Shown here one piece after another: positions 49,382 to 61,589 of a stretch of DNA of 64,000 nt (position 1 is its first letter; every line of letters starts with the position of its first letter). The notes under the pieces are model-generated. The model had not been told where the DNA came from, searched no databases, and was given only the letters and a program-made list of their open reading frames with translations. The DNA comes from Trichodelitschia bisporula. Its lineage: Eukaryota. The stretch is from NCBI GenBank assembly GCA_010356995.1, contig ML996704.1:186001-250000 (forward strand), in the 5' to 3' direction. The position numbers and the translations under genes were made by a program.

Positions 49382-50695
49382 ATGGCGTCCATCCCAAGAT
49401 TCTACAAGTTCACCTTCCTCGCCGCCCTATCTCTCTTCTCCACCCTCTTCATCAGCAGCATAATGCGCGAGCAATTCTTCTGGACCGCCGCGCTCCTAAC
49501 CGGCATCTGGGCCGCCCCCCTCGAAGTAGTATTCAGCAACCCCATCCCTTCCCCACGCCTCACCTTCTCCCCCAACGGCACCTTCACCCTCGCCATCTTC
49601 GAAGACCTGCACTACGGTGAAGGCGAAGCCAACCCGCCCTCGTCCGGCTGGGGCCCCATCTCCGACCGCAAATCAACCGGCGTCCTCCACACCCTGCTCA
49701 AACATGAGCGGCCTCACCTCGCAGTCCTCAACGGAGACCTCATCACCGGCGAAAACACCCACGCCCACAACTCAACCCGCTACCTGGATCAAATCGTCGC
49801 CCCGCTCGTTGCCGCCCGCGTCCCCTGGGCAAGCACATACGGCAACCACGACCGGCAGCAGAACCTCTCGCCCCGGTCCCTCCTCGCCCGCGAACGCCGC
49901 CTCTACCCGCACCTCTCCCTAACCCGTTGCATGACCTGCGCGCCCGGCGACCGGGACGCCAACCCCGACGCCGGGATCACGAATTATTTCCTCCCCGTCT
50001 ACCCCGCGAACTCCACCCGCCCTGCGCTGATCCTGTGGTTCTTCGACTCGCGCGGCGGCCGCGAGTATGAGCCCGGCCCACTCCTGCCGGAGAACTCAAC
50101 GCACCTCCCGCCGCCCATCCCGCAATCCGTGCATCCGGATGCGGTGGCGTGGTTCGAGACCGCGCATGCCGCGCTGGCGGCGAAGTACGGCCCGCTGCCG
50201 AGTCTCGCGTTTGCGCATATCCCGCCGTACCCTTCGCTGTTTCTGCAGGGGTCTGGGAAGGTGGACCCGCGTAGGACGCCGGGGATTAATGACGATGTGC
50301 CTGTCGACTCGCAGGGCCTGAAGAAGGGCGTGTGGGACGGGAGCGATGCGCCGTTTCTGCGGGCGCTGGGACGGGCAAGGGTGGTGGGTGTGTGGAGCGG
50401 GCATGATCATGGGAATGATTGGTGTGGGCGTTGGAATAGCACGCTGGATGCGCCTAGCGGTGGGGGGGAGGTGAGTCCGCCGGTCCGGGGGCTGTTTGTG
50501 TGTTTTGGAAGACATACCGGGTATGGGGGGTATGGGAGGTGGATGAGGGGGGCGCGGGTTGTGAGGGTGGGTTTTGGGGGGGAGGTGGAGACGTGGGTTA
50601 GGCTTGAGGATGGGAGTGTGAGTGGGCGGGTTAGGCTTAATGGGACGTATGGCGCGGATCGGTATGAGCGCGTGGAGAGGAAGTTTAGTTCGTAG
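49382..50695 (+). CDS. Secreted calcineurin-like metallophosphoesterase (DCR2/PAP-like)
   Basis: Motifs DLHYGE, GDLITGE, GNHD, HIP, GHDHGND, RHTGYGGY. Hydrophobic N-terminus; start ATG 49382 or 49463. Confidence 0.9.
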   Translation: MASIPRFYKFTFLAALSLFSTLFISSIMREQFFWTAALLTGIWAAPLEVVFSNPIPSPRLTFSPNGTFTLAIFEDLHYGEGEANPPSSGWGPISDRKSTGVLHTLLKHERPHLAVLNGDLITGENTHAHNSTRYLDQIVAPLVAARVPWASTYGNHDRQQNLSPRSLLARERRLYPHLSLTRCMTCAPGDRDANPDAGITNYFLPVYPANSTRPALILWFFDSRGGREYEPGPLLPENSTHLPPPIPQSVHPDAVAWFETAHAALAAKYGPLPSLAFAHIPPYPSLFLQGSGKVDPRRTPGINDDVPVDSQGLKKGVWDGSDAPFLRALGRARVVGVWSGHDHGNDWCGRWNSTLDAPSGGGEVSPPVRGLFVCFGRHTGYGGYGRWMRGARVVRVGFGGEVETWVRLEDGSVSGRVRLNGTYGADRYERVERKFSS

Positions 50696-53168
50696 ATACC
50701 CTGTATCAATGACTCTATTCATCAAATGCGCGGGGTTGGGATGGGCGTAAGTGGTGAGGCTGAGGCGAAGCTCCCGGGCTTGTCACCTGTAAGGAGTCCT
50801 ATGTAAGCCTAATGCTGACGCTCCAACAGTATCCACACTGATCAAACCGCCTCCATCAGGTGCCTCAATGCAAACCAATACCGTCGAACGCCCCGGCGCA
50901 TGACGATGGAAGTGTGAGGTGACTCACCCTCCGCTATCAACCTCCACACCTATAAACCTCCCAACGCGGCCCCCAACCTCTTCTCCCCATCGTAAAACAT
51001 ACCACTCCATCTATAACCCCCTCACCAACCATTCTCTCTGCATCTCTATTACCAAACTCCCTTTCTATACCAGTCCTCACTATCCGCGCACTCTACTCTC
51101 CTCACTTCGCTGCTCGGTGAGTGGTCCATACGTAGCCAGTCCTGCCTCCCATCGGCATGCAGCGCCGCAAGCCGACCAGCCCCCCTCTTCCTCCTCCCAT
51201 TATCGACAATGGCGACAACTACCAGCGTGAAGACCGCTGTTCACGATGCGCTGGTCGGAACCGCTGGACAACCTCAAAGTTACCCAACGCCCCCTCAAAA
51301 CATCCTGCAACTCCCTAATACCAGTGTCGTCGAGGGCCGTCTCATACACATAGCCACCGTCTTTCTCACTTGAACCAAAACATCGCCAACCTCAGACAAG
51401 CCTTGTATCCCCCTGGACCTAACCCGGCGACAAACATCGACAGCCTATTCGGTCTCCGCACCCTCTGGCACCATTCTTCATCCCTCGCAGCACCACGTTC
51501 TGCTCCGATTAGCATCGATCGCGTTAGATACCATATGCTTTTGTTGTTCCCGGTGTCTCCGCTTGAGGCAAGCTGGACTATATCACGAGGAGACTCTGCG
51601 AATCCGGAATCGGTTGCGGACGACGGCGTGAGATGACAACGAGATGCACGGCTGTGTCGGACTCGAGCGGACGATCGCTGGGCGGACACTGCTTCAGGAC
51701 GGACTGGGTGCCCTCCTGCCAGGCGTCTGCACCTCCGCTTTATCCAGTGCCGCCGCTGCACCCAGCTCCCCGCATCGCCTATGGCCGTCACCAGACTCCA
51801 CAGAGAAGTTCTGCTCTCTCTGCGCCTATATCGCTGGGCAGTACGATGAGGATGAGTCCTTTATCAACCTCACAAAGCACTTTGACGTCCGGCAGCGCAT
51901 CCTTCGCACTCCTCGTCACCGACCAGAAGCACAGGAAGGTGCTCGACCACTGCATCGTTCCCAGCAGATCGTTGCCAGCTACCTCGAATTTCACTCCTGG
52001 ACGCCTCGTTGGGAGCATTATCAAGCCGTTCATCATCCACTCTTTCTCATCCCCCGCTCCTCACATTCTAGTCCATCTGGGAGATCAACATCATGGCAAA
52101 GTTTCACAGTGTACCTCACGGAACTTCACATTCTGCATCTCCTCCTTGACTCAAACCTCCTCGTCACATCCCCACCATTTCTTTCCACCCTCCCGTCCTC
52201 TCCCTCGCCTTTCCGCTTCCCCTCCTATCAACTCATTACCCCAATCAGACCTTTCCTCGTCAGGTTGTATTCTTTCGGAATACCCGATGATGCCTGCTAG
52301 TAAGTTCACAGCAGCAAACGTACAGATATCTGGTTTTGTACGAGCATTTCTCGGAAAGTTCGTGGACATGTTAGAGTACTTACCAAGATGCGCCCTGGTG
52401 TTCAACCCTCCTTGCCTTCCTTTGCAGCGTATAGCCCTTCAGCTTCCGTCATGGGCCACTGCGTCACCTTCCGCGCACTCGATCCTGCTGCGCGATACGC
52501 GCGTGTTCGACGGGCCCCCTTTCCGGCCTTTCGACCTCACAAACTCGACATGCGTTTTAGTCCTTCCCTCTCAGGCATCACGCCCAGCATACCCAGGGCA
52601 CTGAACGGTTGATCTCCCCCACTGATACTGCAGCTCAAAGTACCCATCAACCACAGGCTCAAGCCAGTACCAGAGAGGCCTTCAGTGCCGCAGGACCTTT
52701 ACGCTGATATGCATGTCACTGATCCCTCGACGGTGGCAGTTTCGATGGCCGTTTTCTCGGGTTTGTCCTGGTTCCGTTTCAGGCGCCAAAAGCCTTGATC
52801 CGATCCTCTGGGGCGGCTAGGCCCACAGCTGCTTCCCATGGCACCGCGGAGCGGTGCGAGCGCGGGCTGAATTCATCTCGCTCCAACGACTCTCCTCGAA
52901 CGAAAGACGTGCAACTACATCGTGTACGAGTTCTCCTGCTCCTGCCTCTTCACCATCCTCGGCGTAATTTGCAACCGGACTGGCACCAAAATCCGGTACT
53001 GTGGCGGCATCAGAGTCGCAGGGGCGGTCGTCACGTGCCTACTACATCTTCCAGCAAGTCAGACGCGGACAAGCACTTCAGCCACCTCAGATGCAACCGG
53101 GGATGAGAGGCCCGCACCTCGTCGTCAGAGGATGAGTATCGCCGTGGGCCAGCGAGTTCCAAAGCAAC

Positions 53169-53766
53169 ATGCATAGTAAACGGAAGGGCGCACTGGCACC
53201 AAGTCGGACGAGATTAAGGCCATCCCTCCCTCTGCAACAAACCAGCTCATCCATTATATCCTCATCATTATCAACATCTACTCCACTGAATATGCTCCAC
53301 TTGTTGGCCTCCCCGTGTCCCCTCAAACCAACTCCTCCTGGCAACAGCGATTCCCGCCAGGAGGATCGGGGTAATCGCGACCGCAGCTACGACAGCAGCA
53401 CTTCCAGCCAGGGTGATCACGATCGCACTTACGAGCACGACAACTCCCGCCAAGGCTGGGGTGGTCGTCCCGGCCGTGGTCGCGGCGGCCGTGGTAGCTG
53501 CGGTCCCGAGCGCCCTTGCCCTTGGGTTCGATGGGACGGCCCATACTGTCCTTGCGGATGCGACAGCTCTCGGAGCCCTTGCGGTCCTCACTGTTGCCGC
53601 CGGCACCGGAGACCATCGCGCTACTACCTGGGACCACGAAGTCCACGGGACGATCTCGAGGCTCCACCATGGATCGCCTCGGCATCTCGTCGTCCACCGG
53701 AAGGGGACGCACCCTGAGATGGCCAGCGAGTCGCCTTGCAAGTGGAGCCCAGCCCCGGCATTTTAA
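53169..53766 (+). CDS. Possible low-complexity hypothetical protein (RGG- and Cys-rich)
   Basis: Overlapping ORFs on both strands; no recognisable family. Confidence 0.25.
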
Positions 53767-56716
53767 GAGTACCAGCCTCTCCACAAGCCCCGTCCCTCAT
53801 TCCACTTGCTCACGTATGCCGCAAACAAGGCCATTTCGAAGATCGGGGAGCTGAATGCCGCGCCAGAGGCCGCATCTGCGAAGTCCTCAACAGCGCCCTC
53901 GTCGGAACGTAACTCCCCAAGCCACGCTACTAATCGGGCAGCCACTCGTGAAGCAGACGCAGTGCTGAAAGAGCAGCCTAAGCCACCCTCGAAGCGGCAG
54001 CGAACAGCGAGAAAAACGCGCGTTTGGCCGAGACGGTTACGACAGGCCCGCCTCCACCCGCAGCTCACCTTGTCAGCATCACCCCTTGAGCGAGTTTCCG
54101 CTGACCTTTTACAAAGCACTCGAAGAAGCCTTCCTATGGGAGCAAAGCAGTCAGCTTGTGTCATACTGCACAGCGTAAGTTCCCATTCTTCGTAACGGTA
54201 GCCCATGCACCATATTAGTGCCAACGACGACCGGGCCGAGCATCCGCAGCTCTTTGATGGCACCATGGTGCACGAACGTAATCCGAGACAACTCCTGAGA
54301 GTGGACCGGGTGCTCTAATCCATGGCTGACTTTGCGACTGTTCTATGGTCGATGGACCCTTCGACTTCAGCGGTGGCTGGTCCGTTCAGGTGCCCCGGTA
54401 GAGACCGCGATGCTGAAAGCCAGAACGTATATGACGACGTGTGGTCTCGACCCGGGCACCCAGCCCCTCAGCAACGCCGAAGTCCTCGCCCACATCCAGT
54501 CTCTGGATGCAAAGTACGTGCGCCATGGCCGGACCGAGACGATTCCAGACGGCCGAATTAGCGCGCCGGGTTGTCAAGACGGACTCGCCGCGTCTCCCGA
54601 CTCCGGCGGCTTCACCCTCCTCGTTCACCTCCTGGATCCCAAAGTGGAAGGACGGTGCGGTCCAGCTCGGAACCGCGGGCTCGTGGTTCTACTCCATGCT
54701 GCTCCTCAGATCTTCTTCAACTTCTTTGCGCCCAGCTGTCGCGGGTTATATACACTCACATCCGTCCCCACGTCTGCGAGCGTCACCAGGCCTCCACAAT
54801 GGGCTACGAATAGCGCCATGCTATCTCAGTATATCGCAGTCCGCCGGGTCGGACCGCGAATTTTTGCACGACATCTCACCGCCCACGACATCATTACCCC
54901 AATTATCAGCCTCGCCGTGGTGGGATGTATCCGCCGTGTCCGATGCGCCAGCTGGAGCACACGCCTGCGTATGCGGATTCATCTGTGTAATTCCCTCCTT
55001 CAACTTTGAGCTTCAGCTGACATTTTCAGTGCAACCAATGCCGGCACATTTTGTGCCGATCCGGCGGGCGGGGTCGGCGGCATATCAAAGACGTCATCAG
55101 CATTCATACATCGCCTGCCCGTTGAGCAGCGCAAGATAGTCCTGCGACCTGAGGCGTCTTCATCGCCGCCCCAGTGCGCAATGCCCTGGGCTACCGAACC
55201 ACCGGAGGACTTCACTCCTCTTCTCCCGGGCAACCTCGGCTGACTATCGCCTCCTGTCTTGCGAAGAGGGGTCCACGCGCGGGTCGATCTCGGCGAACGG
55301 TGGAGCTGACTTGGAGGGGGGAGCGGGTGCCGGGGTATATCCCGCTCCTCTCGCCTTCTGACAACGAATAGCATCCCCCTCGGGGGGGGGGTAAGGGCGA
55401 GATTGCCGGCCGGTGTGGTCCATGATGTACGCCATGCGACAGCAGCAACCTGCGAGCCACTGCGGCCAGGTCAGCACCTCGGTAGCCAACGCAGAGGAGG
55501 CTGCGGACGAGGAGAACATTCCCAATCAGTCGGCTATGGTCCTAAGCGTCGCCGACACTATTTCTCATGTTATCTCAGGAACATACAATCCGATTACCGC
55601 ACCTGGCTCCGACGAGAGCATCTTGAAGCTTCCTGGCCAAGATGCCGCCGCCCGTCCATGTCTGCCTCTACACTCCGGCGTCGTCAACAACGCGCGCAGC
55701 TACGCTTAGTCTCACTCCACGCAGACGCCGGCACGCGTGAAGCTTCCGAAGACCACGAGCTTCAGAAGCTGTCATTCCGCACCCTTCTCCCAAAATCCCG
55801 TACCGCAATGGTGGTCAGTCAAAGCCATCGAGTGGCCACATGCTTTCGGAATAATTTGCCATCGCTATCCGTTCTGATTAAACATATGGCGCCTCTCCGA
55901 GAGAATCAGGCATCATCGTCGTCCCTGCATCAATTCTCTCTCTCACACAACTCATAATTTCTCCCTACGTACAAAACTCCAAAACACCCTCTGATTCTGT
56001 TAGTATTCATTGTCCATTTCAGATATTTTACCCCTTTAAACCTACGCTCTTCCCAATTCCAAAGGAGGAACTGTGATCCCCACGAGCACAGTGATGGGAT
56101 TCACTCTTTCCGGCCCAAATCTAGCCCTGGGCTCGTAGCCTAGTGGGGCTAAGGCGTCTACGCTCTTGCGGATGTCTAGCTGTGTAATGAATACCGGGGC
56201 TGGGGGAGTATCCATTCACACGGCTTCCTTTCACTTAAGGACCAACCGACTATCGATGACGTTAAGAGGCTGATAGCTCGTCTTGCCGAAGAAAAGCGCA
56301 AGGCGGACTGTGTGGCTTCTGAGTCTGAAGAGGGCATGCCGAAGCCGATACTAGTATCCATGTAGAAGAGCAGCGTATTGAGAACGAGAACGAGGTTATG
56401 AGAGGGGTAGGATGGACAATGCTGGAAGACAGATCCATAGCTCAACAATCTACCCCTTTTCAAAGCCGTGTCACGTGAAGTATCTCGCACTCAAAATCAC
56501 CACACACATTGAACCCAGCCCATCCATTCAAAAGCACTACCGGTACACACCCCCACCCAAACACCACCCATCAGCCGGCGCAAACCAAACCCATGGCGAC
56601 GCAGACCAACAGCAAAGTCATCAAGTTCTATGATACAATCCGAAAGAGCCTCTTCCAGGCCACTTTGCTAGCCGATATCGGCAACCCCAGACACCTCCCA
56701 TTTTCATCGCCATAAA

Positions 56717-57544
56717 TCAAACCGGCAAGTTAAATTTCTTGCCCTGAAGCACCCTGTAAGGGTTAGAGGAGTAATACGGAAGAGTAGGACGATTATACTT
56801 CGTGTAGTAGATCCAGAAGAAATCCGAGTACAGCACCGTCTGCAGAATTCCCGCCGTCACGGCGATGGGATCGAAGAAGCGCGGCCGCTCGATGAAGTAC
56901 CGGTACAGCCAGTTCGGGATGTACAAGGTGCGGTAGGCGCCGAGCGCGAAGAGGTAGTGCGTTGTGATTGTCTCTGCTTCGCCGGTGCGCTGCAGCATGA
57001 AGAGCTGTGGTAGGATGGCTACGGACTCGAGCCAGATGGAGAACGCCCAGAGGATTTCGGTCAGCGAGTACTTGTAGGGGAACAAGATTGCCAACACCGC
57101 TGCCCCGCCCAGCAGGTACTGGACCTGGAAGGTGTCGGCGTTGCGGTCGTGGGTGGGCTTGTAGTCGTTCAGCATCAGGTAAACCACGTAGGAGGACGAG
57201 GTGATGAACACGATCTTGAAGATGGTGTTGTACAGCGCCGACGGTAGGTAGAACGTCCACAGAAGATCGATATACCGTGTGATGTACACGATCAGGTACA
57301 GGAACTGCGATTTGAAGCTGATTCCGGCGGCGCTCTGCGGAAATTCGTCAGTGGGCGTGCGCGGTGCGGCTACGGGCGCGCCGGGAACGTACACTGGAGC
57401 TCTTCATCTTCTGGAGCAAGATGAAGATAGAGAGAACATGGGACAAGTCCGCTATTCACAAGCCGTCAGTATGCGCAGAACGCCGCGAGGCCCAAACCTC
57501 ATTTCAAGGGGATGCGCACCGAGAATGCGAAAGAGGTTCATCAT
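56717..57544 (-). CDS. ERD2: ER lumen protein-retaining (HDEL) receptor; 4 exons
   Basis: MMNLFRIL|ADLSH, GISFKSQ, WLESVAILPQL, LGAYRTLYIPNW, QTVLYSDFF, KFNLPV. Confidence 0.96.
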
Positions 57545-58063
57545 GCTGGGCAGAGGGCAGCTAGCAGCCGGGTACCATGCAGCAGTGCTTGTAGTGAGAG
57601 GCGAGACCGCTCGATAAATGGGCGTGGGGTGATTTGGTGGTGAATGTGGGAGCAATTGTTGCAGCTCTCTCACACGATAGCAGGATAGCTTTGCTGGACG
57701 GGGGGGGGGACAGGCTGGCGGATTCACGCGCGCCGCACCCTTTCAGTTACGGCCTCAGGCATCATAGAACGTGTCACCATTTCCATGGCCAAGAACGCCA
57801 AGCTAGCCCGATCTGCCAAGGGGGGTTCGGGCCGGGTGGGCTCCGATTGAGGCGTTTTGTAGCTTGGCAAGGCGGGAACGCCTTCGGCTTCGTCTTTGAC
57901 TTCTCGTCCCGAAGGAGAAGGAAACACCACGACCATGCTCTGATAGGGAAATTACCCCTCACGATCTCGTCCTTTCCGCTCTTTGAGCTGTCGTCTCTCT
58001 TGTCCTTCGCCAGTATGTCCCAACCTCGCCTCCGACACGTCCACCCGCCAACCTCACCCCGCA

Positions 58064-59484
58064 ATGCAGACCGCCCGCCGTGACGAGATGGGCTCCTCCG
58101 ACGAAATGACCTCCTCCGACGAGATGACCTCTTCCAATGAGACTGTCTCCACCAACGATATTCCGCCCTGGAGCGGGCGCCTGATCCCCCTCCGCACGCG
58201 CGGTGAGGTGCGGGCGAGCAACGAAACAAGTACGCGCATATGACTCCAACACATCCCAGCTAACATCCGCAGTCGACGCCTACGCCATAGAAATCCCCGC
58301 CAAATCCGCCGCCGCAGTGCTCAAGTACATCTCCTTTACAACCGCCTTGTCGTCAAACTAACCCCACCAGCGCCCTGAAAGACCCCATCCCCGTCTCAGT
58401 AACAGCGCGCCTCCAACACCTCCGCCGTCTCGTCAAACCCACCTTCCTACCCCCCCACCTCCAACTACCCACCACAACCACCAGTGCCCCAACTCTCCAC
58501 CTCCTCCTCTGTCCCACGTCCCACACCACCGCCCAGACACTTCTCACAGCCTTAGAATCACACATCCCTCGACCGCGGATATATGTAACCGCCATTCCAG
58601 CTCACCCACCCACCTCCGCGTCCCACGCGGCCAGCTGGTCCGCAACCCACTGGCCCACAGCATACAAGAACACGAATCCCCACGGACCACACCCCTCCCT
58701 TGTCGCCCGCACGGCGGCGGAAATCGAGGCCGACGTGGAAGGCTACATGACGCTGGCCGCACAGGCCGCGCACGAAGCCCGCACCTCGGGACGAGGCGAA
58801 CCCATCGGCGCCGTAGTCGTCGAGCGGCTACCCACAGGCCCAAGGATCGTCGTCATCGCAGCCGACGCCCGGCACCACGGGTCCGAACCCGCCCCCCTCG
58901 CCCACGCCGCGATGCGAGCCATAGCACTAGTCGCGCAGAAACGGCTCGCCCTCCGCGAGGACAGCCCAACCTCACCCTGCACACCCTCCGTCCCAACTCT
59001 CAACATCCCATTCCTGGACCGCCCGCTTTCGGCCCTAGAAGAGGGGTACTTCGTCGAACCGACCCTTACGCCCGGCGGATATCTAGCCTGCGACCTAGAG
59101 CTGTACCTCAGCCACGAGCCGTGCGTCATGTGCGCGATGGCGGTGCTGCATAGCCGGTTTAGCCGGGTTGTGTACGGAATTCCAAGGGCGAGGACGGGGG
59201 CGCTGGCTGCGGAGCGGGGGGAGCTAGATGCGGAGGCGGAGGAGGGGGTGGATGGGGTGACGAGGCGGAAGAGGAAGAGGGATGGTGGAGCTGGTTTATC
59301 ACTCGTGGCAGCGGAGGACAGCACTGTCGAACCTCCGGCAGCGGCACAGGGCGAGGTCCCTGAACCGCCCGTCCTTGATTACGGACTCTTCTGGCGCGAG
59401 AGTCTGAATTGGAGGTTTCTGTGCTGGCAGTGGGAGGGGGCCGTGCCGGACGGCCTGGACGTGGAGGAGGATATATCCTGCTAG
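58064..59484 (+). CDS. TAD3: tRNA A34 deaminase non-catalytic subunit; 3 exons
   Basis: LQHLRR after two introns, pseudo-active HAAMRAI (no catalytic Glu), HEPCVMCAMAVLHSRF, LNWRF. Confidence 0.88.
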
Positions 59485-60139
59485 TGGCGCATAACAGATC
59501 AAAAGAATAAAAAATTACACTGTATACTCCGTCCCCATGGTCTGTCTAATCTAGTCGCTGAGATGGGGCTGGGCAACCAATCGCCGCCCTTCCGATATCA
59601 GTAGTCCGATGTCAGTCATAATCGTCACCAGGATGACGCAGTAGGGGTATGAACCTACACCTAACCAACGCAACCGGGCCCCTCACTTTTATCCGAATTC
59701 CGAAGCACGCGCAACAAGCTTAGTGACATCACAGAGAGCACAGTGCATGCATGATTTAGACCATTTTCTCCATTTCACACATCAGCAGTCAACAAAAACC
59801 CCCACTCCGTACCCCAGGCATTCTCCGCAAAGCCATTCCCCATTAAGCACACGCAAGAAACCCTCGACAACAAGCACCGATACTAAACATGCGCGCAATA
59901 ACAGGGGGAAGCCATAGACCTCGTACACCCGCATCAAAAGCCTCCCCATAATAACCCCTTTCCTCCTTCGGTCCGTTCAATTAACTGTCAAGGCTGAGTC
60001 CCAACGAGGCAGATATTATCTCATTTTGCTAGTTAGACTGGGGGGAGACAAGGTACGAGGCGCTGCTTGATGAGTATGGAAAACGGGATTGTGAGAGAGA
60101 GTGACTCAAGGTCCTTGCGTCCCCTACGTCAGACACCAA

Positions 60140-61589
60140 CTACTCGTGCTCAACATCATCATCCGGCGTGTCGAACAGGAAGTTGGCCGCTAGCTCCTCA
60201 TTCTTGTCGCAGGCGAAGTAGGCCTGGATGACAAGGTCACGTTCAAAGCCCAACCGACACAGCTGCACAGAATTAGCCTCATAACTGCAAATAGCAAGAA
60301 ATCTCTTACCCGCTCAATCGCCTCACGCTCCTCATCTGTCACGCTGATGGCCTGAGCACCCGGCGGCAGCGTCACGTCGTCATCATGATCCTCGGCGAGC
60401 AGCTGGAGAAACTCCTCAGGACGCGAAGCGATCATTTGCGCCAGCTGCGGGTTCCCGGCGCCGACCTGTTGCAGAATCGGCTCGAGCATCTGCGGCTGCT
60501 GCTGCACAATCTGGCGCAGCTGCTGAAACTGCGGATTGTTACGCAGGAAGTCAAGTGTACCGGCCGAGGTGGCAGCGGCGCTTGCGGCACTAGTGGCACC
60601 ACGACCACCGGAGCGCCCACCGCCCTGGCCCGCCTGAGCCGCAGCCTCAAACAGGTTGACCGGCTCTGCGTCCGCAGCGGCAGCAGGAGCAGGGGTCCCA
60701 CCACCACCGGAAGGAGCTGCCGCTGCAGGCGCGGCAGCAGCACGCTCCTGTTGCTGCTGTTGCAGTTCCTCCGGAATGCCCTAAGCGCATTAGCTGGTAG
60801 ACAAAACATATGAAAAGCGACGTACCGTAAGCAGGTACTCCACAGCACGATCCGGGTTGAAGAAAGCAGCACGCATGGCAACGTCAATGTCCGCACGTGC
60901 GAAGCCCATGCTCTCCATGTTGGCAATAGCCGCAGCGCGCTCCGAGCCCACAGCCAGCATCGAGGGGTCATTGAAGCGCGGGGCCTCTGACGACGCGGGA
61001 GCGCTAGGTGTAGGTGTGGCAGGGACATTGGAGACAGAGATGGGGGCAGTCGGTGCAACGGGAGCGGCAGGGGTGGGAGGCTGCGCAACAGCAGCAGCTG
61101 GAGTCGACGGCGTACCCCTACCCGACGGGCCGGCAGAAGCAGCTTTGGCCTGGCGAGTGTTAGTGGAGCTTGGTTCGTAGCATCGATGGCCTTACCTTGG
61201 TGATCATGCACACGATGAAGCCCTTCTCCTCGATGTTGTACGACCCAACCGTATTATCATCGGCAAGGATTTTTCCTATCAGGCTTCCGTCAGCGTGGTG
61301 CAGCTAGACCCGCAAGTGACGTACCAGAGTAGATGAGCTTCTGCTGCGCTGGCTCCCAGCCCTTCTCCTCCGATATCTTGACCTTCACCTGAGCTATCTG
61401 ATAGCCGCGTCAGTCGCGTCGAGCAGTGGAAGCAGATGATGATGGAAAGCTTACCGTCTCCGAGGGGTCGGCCTCGAGGGCGAACTTTTGTTGCTTAAGA
61501 TCCTGTTGATAAGACCATCAGCAAATGTTGATATCATGGCACACACACACCACAGGCCTAGGTTTCTCTACCTTGAATGTGAGCTTCAT
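60140..61589 (-). CDS. RAD23: UV excision repair / proteasome shuttle protein Rad23; multi-exon
   Basis: UBL MKLTFK|DLKQQKF...QKLIYS|GKIL, UBA 'MESMGF...AMRAAFFNPDRAVEYL', XPC-binding 'LDFLRNNPQFQQLR', UBA2 'QAYFACDKNEELAANFLF'. Confidence 0.96.

Noticed and set aside
58082..58146. DEM(G/T)SS x3 repeat at the TAD3 N-terminus
   Set aside because: Short slippage repeat in a variable leader; no sign of function.
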